Shown piece after piece: positions 57,469 to 64,000 of a stretch of 64,000 nucleotides of DNA (position 1 is the first letter of the stretch; each line of letters begins with the position of its first letter). The notes under the pieces were generated by a model. The model was not told where the DNA came from. It made no database searches and saw only the letters and a list, made by a program, of their open reading frames with translations. The position numbers were made by a program, and so were the translations under genes. Source of the DNA: Candidatus Zhuqueibacterota bacterium (GTDB lineage: Bacteria; Zhuqueibacterota; Zhuqueibacteria; Thermofontimicrobiales; Thermofontimicrobiaceae); assembly GCA_049322915.1 (NCBI GenBank), contig JBMOPW010000014.1, positions 733,527-797,526 on the forward strand. Reading direction: 5' to 3'.

Positions 57469-58811
57469 GCGACATGTCCCTCCCTGATTGGCTCATCGAC
57501 TGGCCCATGTTGAATTTTTTCATTGAGCAAATAAATGAATACCGCGAATAACAGCGCGTAAATAATGCCGAACAGAATAATCGAAGTGATGATTTCGCTG
57601 CGCGATACCGCTTTGGAAATTCCATCGGCTGTCCGTAGGATATTGTAGACGATATATGGCTGCCGTCCCACTTCTGCCGAGAACCAGCCCAATTGATTGG
57701 CGAATTGGGGCCCGAGCACAGAGAGCACGGCAATCCATAAATACCATTTCAGTGAAGACAGTCTCTTCCGCCACCACAAGAAAAGCCCGAGCCAGGAAAT
57801 CGCGATGAGCATCGTTCCAATAATCACCATGCCGTGATAGGTTTGAAAAACGATATTCACCGGCGGTCGCTCGTCCTCCGGAAAAGCGTTCAAACCGACA
57901 ACAGGATGGTCCGGGTCGCCGTGCAGGAGGAGGCTCAGCAGCCCGGGCACTTCAATGCCGAACTGCACCTTCTGTTCTTTTTCATTGACCCAGCCGAACA
58001 GATGATACGGCGCGGCTTCGTATTCCGGGAAGTGCGCTTCGTAGGCCGCCATTTTTGTCGGCTGGTGCTTTTCAACCACGATGGCGCTGTAATGGCCGGT
58101 TCCCAATTGCAGCAGCGAAGAGACTGCTCCGAAAACCAGCGCTAATTTCATGGAACGCTCGGCAAACTCCACATGCTTTTTCTTCAGCAGATAAAATGCG
58201 CTCACGCTGAGCACGAGAAACGCCCCGGCCTGCCAGCAGCCGGAAATGACATGGCTCAGTCGGTCGATGGCCGATGGATTGAAAATCATGTCCCAAAAGT
58301 GAAGTATTTCAGCCCGCGCCTCGGCGCCTTCGCCGACGATGTGATGCCCGGTCGGGGTTTGCATCCACGAATTGGCGACCACAATCCATACCGCGCTGAA
58401 ATGGGCGCCGAACGAGACCATGATCGTGGAAATGAAATGGGTTCGCGGCTTCACCTTTTTCCATCCGAACAGGAGGATGGCCAAAAAGCCGCTTTCGAGG
58501 AAGAATGCGAAAATACCTTCGGCCGCAAGCGCGCTGCCAAAGACATCGCCGACAAACCTGGAATAGGAGGCCCAGTTGGTGCCGAATTGAAATTCCATGA
58601 CAATCCCGGTGGCCACGCCCAGCGCGAAAATCAGCCCGAACACCCGCACCCAGAAATGCGTCATTTGGTGATAGATTTCATTCTTTGTTTTCAGGTACAA
58701 GCCTTCCATGACAATGAGCAAAATGCTCAGCCCGATGGTCATGGGAGGAAAAATGTAATGGAAGGCGATGGTCAGTCCAAACTGGAGCCGTGAAAGCAAC
58801 AGCGTATCCAT
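57465..58811 (-). CDS. cydA: cytochrome bd ubiquinol oxidase subunit I
   Basis: SRLQF..TIAFH, FQFGTNW, FFLES, QPTKMAAYE, EVGRQP. Confidence 0.96.
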   Translation of the reverse strand: MDTLLLSRLQFGLTIAFHYIFPPMTIGLSILLIVMEGLYLKTKNEIYHQMTHFWVRVFGLIFALGVATGIVMEFQFGTNWASYSRFVGDVFGSALAAEGIFAFFLESGFLAILLFGWKKVKPRTHFISTIMVSFGAHFSAVWIVVANSWMQTPTGHHIVGEGAEARAEILHFWDMIFNPSAIDRLSHVISGCWQAGAFLVLSVSAFYLLKKKHVEFAERSMKLALVFGAVSSLLQLGTGHYSAIVVEKHQPTKMAAYEAHFPEYEAAPYHLFGWVNEKEQKVQFGIEVPGLLSLLLHGDPDHPVVGLNAFPEDERPPVNIVFQTYHGMVIIGTMLIAISWLGLFLWWRKRLSSLKWYLWIAVLSVLGPQFANQLGWFSAEVGRQPYIVYNILRTADGISKAVSRSEIITSIILFGIIYALLFAVFIYLLNEKIQHGPVDEPIREGHVA

Positions 58812-59007
58812 TTTGTTCTCCTGTGTGTTTCTTGTTTTTTTATTTTGCCACAGATGCACACGGATGAAACACAAAAAAAAAATAATTTCTATTCAAATTT
58901 GCTAAGAAAAATCAGTGTCTTTTCCGTGTGAATGCGCCGATAAACGCAACTGTGTTTGGCACAACCCGTAGCTTAAGAAATTTTAGTCTGATGAATTGAA
59001 AAAGAAA

Positions 59008-60132
59008 TTAAGCCCCTTGTTCCACGATTTCGTATTCTCTCACGCAAACCCTCTCTTGGGGATCGATGAAAAATAGTCGTTTTCCGAAAATGCGCATGCT
59101 GTCGAACGATTCATCCGGGAACGGAAGCTTGCACATCAAAATGCCATCGGCGCTGAAAATTTCAAATTCCAGCATCTTGGGAATGTCTTCCGGTGAGGGC
59201 ATGCCTTCCGGCTGTTTCTGAAATGTGATGACCCACAATCTGTTATTGTAATCCACATCGATGTCACGGGAAACATGGGAATAATCCCATTTGGGAATTT
59301 TAAGCGGCGATCCGCCAGCGTTCAGCGTTTCAAATCCGTCCTGCCGGAAATGGATGTCGTAATTCAACGGCCTGTCTGCGCAGAATTGGAGCTTGCCTTT
59401 TGTACTGTATTTTTCGATTCTGTTTTGGGAGCGAAACGCCACGTAGATATTATTGTGAGCGTCAGTGCAAAATGTAATTCCATTCAAATAACGAAGCCCC
59501 AGCGGTTCCTGGCAGGTTTCCATTTCACAAAAACTGGATTGAATATCCCCTGACCTGTCCGTGAAATGGAGCAAATTTTTATTGCCTTCGTTGAAAACTT
59601 TATTGATAACGAGATGTGAATCACCCAGCACTTTGAAAAAAATAGTGAAATTTTGTATTCGAAACTCGTGCAAATAATTCCCATCATTATCAAATACTTG
59701 CACGCGTCCGTAAATGTCGATGACATAAATATTGTCTATTTCGTCGATCTCCATTTTCATGATACTCTCAAATTCACCGGGCCCCTGTCCCTTTTGGCCG
59801 ATGGTTTTCACGTAATTCCCAGCCGAATCATATTTTTTGATATGGTTCATCCCCATGTCCAGAATGAAAATGGACCCCTCCGAATCCACGACCAAATCCA
59901 AAGGCTGGGCAAACCACGTGGTTTCGTCCTTTGAATCGGTTTCACCGATTTGGCGAATGAATTGGAGCGACACAGGACTTTTTTCGAATTCGGTGAATTT
60001 GTTATGGACGAGTGTTACGCCATCTTTTTCTTCGATGAGATAGGATTTATCTTTGTCGCACCCGGAAAAAGACAGTGTAAGAACAAAGATTGTAACGCTG
60101 AAAACAAAGCCATTCATTTTGAAAATTTGCAT
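59008..60132 (-). CDS. 6-bladed beta-propeller (NHL-like) lipoprotein
   Basis: FSGC lipobox-like site; IGQKGQGPGEF motif. Confidence 0.8.
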   Translation of the reverse strand: MQIFKMNGFVFSVTIFVLTLSFSGCDKDKSYLIEEKDGVTLVHNKFTEFEKSPVSLQFIRQIGETDSKDETTWFAQPLDLVVDSEGSIFILDMGMNHIKKYDSAGNYVKTIGQKGQGPGEFESIMKMEIDEIDNIYVIDIYGRVQVFDNDGNYLHEFRIQNFTIFFKVLGDSHLVINKVFNEGNKNLLHFTDRSGDIQSSFCEMETCQEPLGLRYLNGITFCTDAHNNIYVAFRSQNRIEKYSTKGKLQFCADRPLNYDIHFRQDGFETLNAGGSPLKIPKWDYSHVSRDIDVDYNNRLWVITFQKQPEGMPSPEDIPKMLEFEIFSADGILMCKLPFPDESFDSMRIFGKRLFFIDPQERVCVREYEIVEQGA

Positions 60133-60267
60133 TCAGCACTCCTGTGTATTGGAACCAACGTTTATGAAGAAATAAAAAATGGGGAAGGATAATCTAACTA
60201 TTTCTTGTTTAATTTGAGGGTAATATAAAAAGATAAATTTTAAATTTCAATCAATCTTTTTTTAAAT

Positions 60268-60313
60268 AAAAAAAGGAGTGAAACGACACATCAAAATCGT
60301 CGTGACACTCCTT
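60268..60313 (-). terminator. intrinsic terminator
   Basis: AAGGAGTG...CACTCCTT stem followed by T-run on minus strand. Confidence 0.6.
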
Positions 60314-60383
60314 CGCATTTCATCTATCCCCCGGACACCATGCACTTTCCCGGCGATCGGTTCGACAGTTCAATTGTACAGAC

Positions 60384-61406
60384 CTAATTTATTTTCTTCT
60401 TTTCGACTGAACTTTTAATACTTCCTTTTTCAGAGGTGGATTTTTCCTTGCTCTTTTCCGGGGTGCTTTTCTTCACCTCTTTTTTCTTGGTGACTTTTTT
60501 CGCTTCTGTCTCCGGTTTGGTGATCTTGGTGACTTCTTTCTTGGCGCTCGGTTTCTTTAAATTTTCAGTCGAACCTTGTGCCGTCGATTTTTTCACTTCC
60601 GGTTTTGGCTTGGGCTTAATGTCTTTTTTAATTCGCTGGTCAGTTATTGAGCCCCGGGAAGATTTATTGATGGTCGTCTTTTTTTCCACGCGGTCAGGCT
60701 CCACGACTGTGCGATTTGTCCGCTCCGGTTTCTTCACCAGAGTGGACGATCGCGGCACATATTTCACTTTATGAACCGTTTCCACGCGGTTGGTTCGCGT
60801 GACCACGTATGTCGTTCGGGTGCGATAGTGGGTGGTTCGCGTGTAATAAACCGTGTGCGGCACCGGATGATATGTTCGCCACCAATGGGGATAATAGCCA
60901 AAGTAGAAAATAGACCGGTAGGGGCGGTAGACCGGCCGGTAAATCCAGACAATTATTGGCCAGGTATGGACGTGAACCTGGGCTGGCGCGATGTAATAAT
61001 CCGGCCCGTATACAACTTCATTGCCGCGAATCTGCATGTTGTAATTGTCTTCGCTGGTCCGCTCCACCTCAATCGTGGCTACATCCTGAAAATCATCTTC
61101 GCCCAGCGGGACCTGAAGAATGATGACATGCGTCTCATCCACAACATCTTCTACAACGCGGATGTAGTCGACATAGCCATCGCCGTTGAGATCGAGATTG
61201 TTCACTCCGATCTCGGGATCATTGAGTGATTTTTCAAATGATTCCAGATTTTCAGCTTCACGGAACAGCTCACCGACAGCCGATAAATCCAGCCCCTCGG
61301 CTATTTCTGAAGAGGGGGCAATGACGGTGATATTCTCCTGAGCCAATCCAATGGAAACGCTCATGAATGCGAATAGCACTGTCAGAATAAAATAATTACG
61401 TTTCAT
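60384..61406 (-). CDS. secreted hypothetical protein with EF-hand-like loop and Lys-rich tail
   Basis: Signal peptide, NNLDLNGDGYVDYI, Tyr/Pro-rich middle, low-complexity basic C-terminus. Confidence 0.8.
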   Translation of the reverse strand: MKRNYFILTVLFAFMSVSIGLAQENITVIAPSSEIAEGLDLSAVGELFREAENLESFEKSLNDPEIGVNNLDLNGDGYVDYIRVVEDVVDETHVIILQVPLGEDDFQDVATIEVERTSEDNYNMQIRGNEVVYGPDYYIAPAQVHVHTWPIIVWIYRPVYRPYRSIFYFGYYPHWWRTYHPVPHTVYYTRTTHYRTRTTYVVTRTNRVETVHKVKYVPRSSTLVKKPERTNRTVVEPDRVEKKTTINKSSRGSITDQRIKKDIKPKPKPEVKKSTAQGSTENLKKPSAKKEVTKITKPETEAKKVTKKKEVKKSTPEKSKEKSTSEKGSIKSSVEKKKIN

Positions 61407-61520
61407 GACATCCTCCTGTATCAAAAGTGAGTAAATTGATTTTCTACATACGTCGTGAATCGGGCAAAGTTCTCATTCTTTTTTCAGGGAGCTGATCCAC
61501 GAAATAATATTCGAATTGTT

Positions 61521-61654
61521 GTAACTACGCAACTCACGTATTCCGGAAGCCGCTGGTTAGCTGGCTGGTTGCTTTTTGAACACCATGATACATCGTGGTG
61601 TTGGTACAATTTTAAACCAGCGCCATGGTTCAGCATGGTCGCCTGAGTCGTTAC
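61521..61654. mobile_element. MITE-like element, shorter relative of 35106-35310
   Basis: GTAACTACGCA / TGAGTCGTTAC ends; shared internal sequence. Confidence 0.7.
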
Positions 61655-61744
61655 AAATAGTTTTGAAATTTAGACGATGGCAATCCGAATTCAATCAGTC
61701 GGGAACCGCTATTACAATCGATCAACTTACTTTTTTTCTGGATT

Positions 61745-61773
61745 ATAATACTAAATAAACCCGTCATTGTCAA
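61745..61773 (-). promoter_or_regulatory. sigma70-type promoter
   Basis: TTGACA-N17-TATTAT on minus strand. Confidence 0.5.
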
Positions 61774-61811
61774 ACACTTTTTCCGGACCAGACCATCAGC
61801 CTCATCCGGAT

Positions 61812-61850
61812 AAAAAAAACCGTCTGCCCCGGGAACGATGGACAGACGGT
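61812..61850 (-). terminator. intrinsic terminator
   Basis: ACCGTCTG...CAGACGGT stem followed by T-run on minus strand. Confidence 0.7.
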
Positions 61851-61908
61851 GCGTGCAACGAGATAATTCTCGTCCGTTGGATTTACTTTCGTGTGAGGAA
61901 GTCTTACC

Positions 61909-63999
61909 TCACTTCACCAGAATCATTTTCTGCATCTCTGAAAAATCATTGACTTCGATTCGGTAAATATAAACGCCGGAGGAGAGCTCGCTCGCATCGA
62001 ATACTACGGAATGGTAACCGGCGTCTTTCGCCCCTTCAAAAATTGTGTCCATTTTTTGTCCGTTCACATTGTAGAGCGATATTTTCACGAGACCCGCCTC
62101 TTTCAGATCGTACTGAATGGTGGTCGACGGATTGAACGGATTGGGGTAGTTCTGATGCAGCCGATACTCGGTCGGTATTTCGTTCCTCGCTTCCAGGGTG
62201 ATGGCTGTGTACGAATACCCGATTTCGATATCGCTGTTATCGGTGGACCGCACAATGGCATTGCCAAATTGAATCTCGGTGTCTTCGCCCACAATGGCGA
62301 ATTCGAGTTTGGCAATGACACCGGTTCCCAACATCACGCCGGGATTGCCCAGAGCAGCGCCGTCAATACTCAGGCTGCTGACCTGGCTGTTCGTCATGAA
62401 GAAATCTGTTTCCTTCCAGATGCTGCCCCTCTCGACGGATTGCAGGGCCAGACCTGCGCCAAAATTGACAGGGATGCTCATACCCTTAATCGCTCCGGAA
62501 TTTTCTGCTAATTGTACTTCAGCAATGAGCGTGGTGGTTTGTTTTGTAAGTGACATATTGAGCGAAATCGGTGCCATCTTTTCGGACGATTGCTTCTTCG
62601 TCAGCCCCTTCCTGCCACCCATGTTTTCATAGTTCATGGCAAAGATCATCAGGTCTTCGAAATCAATGATATTATCGGGAGTGGGGCGTCCATCCGTAAA
62701 ATGGTTCAGCGTGGGACCCACATCGCACAGATTGTTCCAGTGGATGAACCCATCGCTCGTGAAATATGCGGCAGCGAGTATCGCAATATCAGCGGCATCC
62801 ACATCGCCGTCCGGGTCGATATCGCCCAACCAGTACGAAAGCGACGAGTCCAGCACAGCCGCGCTGTAATGAAAGGCTAGGTCTTGGACGAAAATAGCGC
62901 AATAATAGAAATCTCTCAGTGGCGGTGTGTAGTCGAGGCTGGTGACGAATCCCTCGAAAATCTTTGTCCAGCCATTGGCCAATGCTTCGGCAGGGGTGGT
63001 TGGCAAATCAGGCGTCTGACCGTTGTATTCCGGGTAGCCGCCAAAGCCAATCACCCAGACCTGAATATAAAATGCATCGAGATCCGGATTGGTCCAATCC
63101 AAATGGAAGCCATTGGTGGAATCGTCGGCAGCGCCAAAATCCAGACCGGTCACCGGCTCGATGGGCGTGCCATCCCATCGATAGGGTCCAAATCGCAGCG
63201 TGCCGTTGGCAACGTCATCGCCGTTATAGCCTTTCACAAAGACATAATAATCAGTGCCCGCCGTCGGAATGCCAAGCTGCAACAGGCCCTGGCTCCATTT
63301 TGTCTCCTGACCGGTCCAGTTGTACGAATCGCTATTGACAAGCGCGTAGCGATAGTATTCCAGTGTGCCTTCGCCAAATCCACCCACAGCGGTCAGTGTG
63401 AGCGTTGTGCTGGCGTTGTCTCCGCTTCGGACGCAGGTGAGATTCAACGTGGATGGCGGAACCGATAATGTATGTTTGGAGGAAACCGGACTCCAGTCCG
63501 ATTGATTGTACGCCGGCGTCGAATTGGGATCGTTCACACCATCCGAGACGCGGTATATGAATTCGTAAATATGATTGGGCGTCAGGCCGGTGCACTCATG
63601 CACGGAATCATCCTTTGCCCGCGACCGGTTGAATCTGCCGTCCGTGGTGCATTCGAAGTGATAATATTCTTCGCCCTGGGTAGCGTCTTCAACCGACGCT
63701 GCATTCACATGCATGGAGGTTGTGGTGACATTGTTGATGTAAATTGTCAGGTCGCCCTGGGGAATTGTAATATCCTTTTTGAATGTCCATTTCCAGAAAT
63801 TTAAATCCGGTTTGAGCGCTTCGATTGATTGGCCGGATTTAGTACTTAATTTATTCAACGCGTCGTTGCTGAATTCATGGTACCCATCGTAATTGCCGGC
63901 GTCATCGTAGGCGCGCCAATAGATGGTGTGCAACGCGGTCTGTTCATCGAGCTTGTCGAAACCGGGAATTAACCAGCCATCATTGTTGTACTGCGTGCT
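61909..63999 (-). CDS. large secreted protein, 5'-truncated by window: FN3-like, dockerin-like, cohesin-like and T9SS/FlgD-type C-terminal domain
   Basis: Frame open to window edge; GDIDPDGDVDAADI and DNIIDFEDL loops; LHQNYPNPFNPSTTI...LSSGVYIY...KMILVK. Confidence 0.85.
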   Translation of the reverse strand, partial: STQYNNDGWLIPGFDKLDEQTALHTIYWRAYDDAGNYDGYHEFSNDALNKLSTKSGQSIEALKPDLNFWKWTFKKDITIPQGDLTIYINNVTTTSMHVNAASVEDATQGEEYYHFECTTDGRFNRSRAKDDSVHECTGLTPNHIYEFIYRVSDGVNDPNSTPAYNQSDWSPVSSKHTLSVPPSTLNLTCVRSGDNASTTLTLTAVGGFGEGTLEYYRYALVNSDSYNWTGQETKWSQGLLQLGIPTAGTDYYVFVKGYNGDDVANGTLRFGPYRWDGTPIEPVTGLDFGAADDSTNGFHLDWTNPDLDAFYIQVWVIGFGGYPEYNGQTPDLPTTPAEALANGWTKIFEGFVTSLDYTPPLRDFYYCAIFVQDLAFHYSAAVLDSSLSYWLGDIDPDGDVDAADIAILAAAYFTSDGFIHWNNLCDVGPTLNHFTDGRPTPDNIIDFEDLMIFAMNYENMGGRKGLTKKQSSEKMAPISLNMSLTKQTTTLIAEVQLAENSGAIKGMSIPVNFGAGLALQSVERGSIWKETDFFMTNSQVSSLSIDGAALGNPGVMLGTGVIAKLEFAIVGEDTEIQFGNAIVRSTDNSDIEIGYSYTAITLEARNEIPTEYRLHQNYPNPFNPSTTIQYDLKEAGLVKISLYNVNGQKMDTIFEGAKDAGYHSVVFDASELSSGVYIYRIEVNDFSEMQKMILVK

Positions 64000-64000
64000 G

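Overview
Bacterial chromosomal window, probably FCB-superphylum/KSB1-like (inferred from a Por/FlgD-type C-terminal sorting domain, DUF3078, DUF3467 and an S46 peptidase). 1-23.7 kb is the distal part of a surface-polysaccharide locus: GT4/GT2/Alg13-14-like transferases, a kinase-TMK-like-methyltransferase-nucleotidyltransferase block, wbpB, a priming sugar transferase, wzi-like, galE and a GDP-heptose operon. Its first ~11 kb is visibly more AT-rich. 23.9-64 kb holds polA, rhomboid, rsmE, an Omp85 protein, four tandem exopeptidases, mgsA, LemA/DUF2207, cydAB and several secreted multidomain proteins. Accessory content: a VapBC pair, two TA pairs with broken toxins, and an ABC-ATPase + TOPRIM-like pair (candidate defence system). 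Intergenic DNA is dense with non-autonomous elements (MITEs with TIRs and target duplications, REP-like hairpins, inverted heptamer tracts), often nested, with no transposase in the window. A promoter-driven, tightly folded ~110-nt candidate RNA follows polA. No rRNA, tRNA or CRISPR array was recognised. All family assignments are from motif recognition by eye, not database searches.
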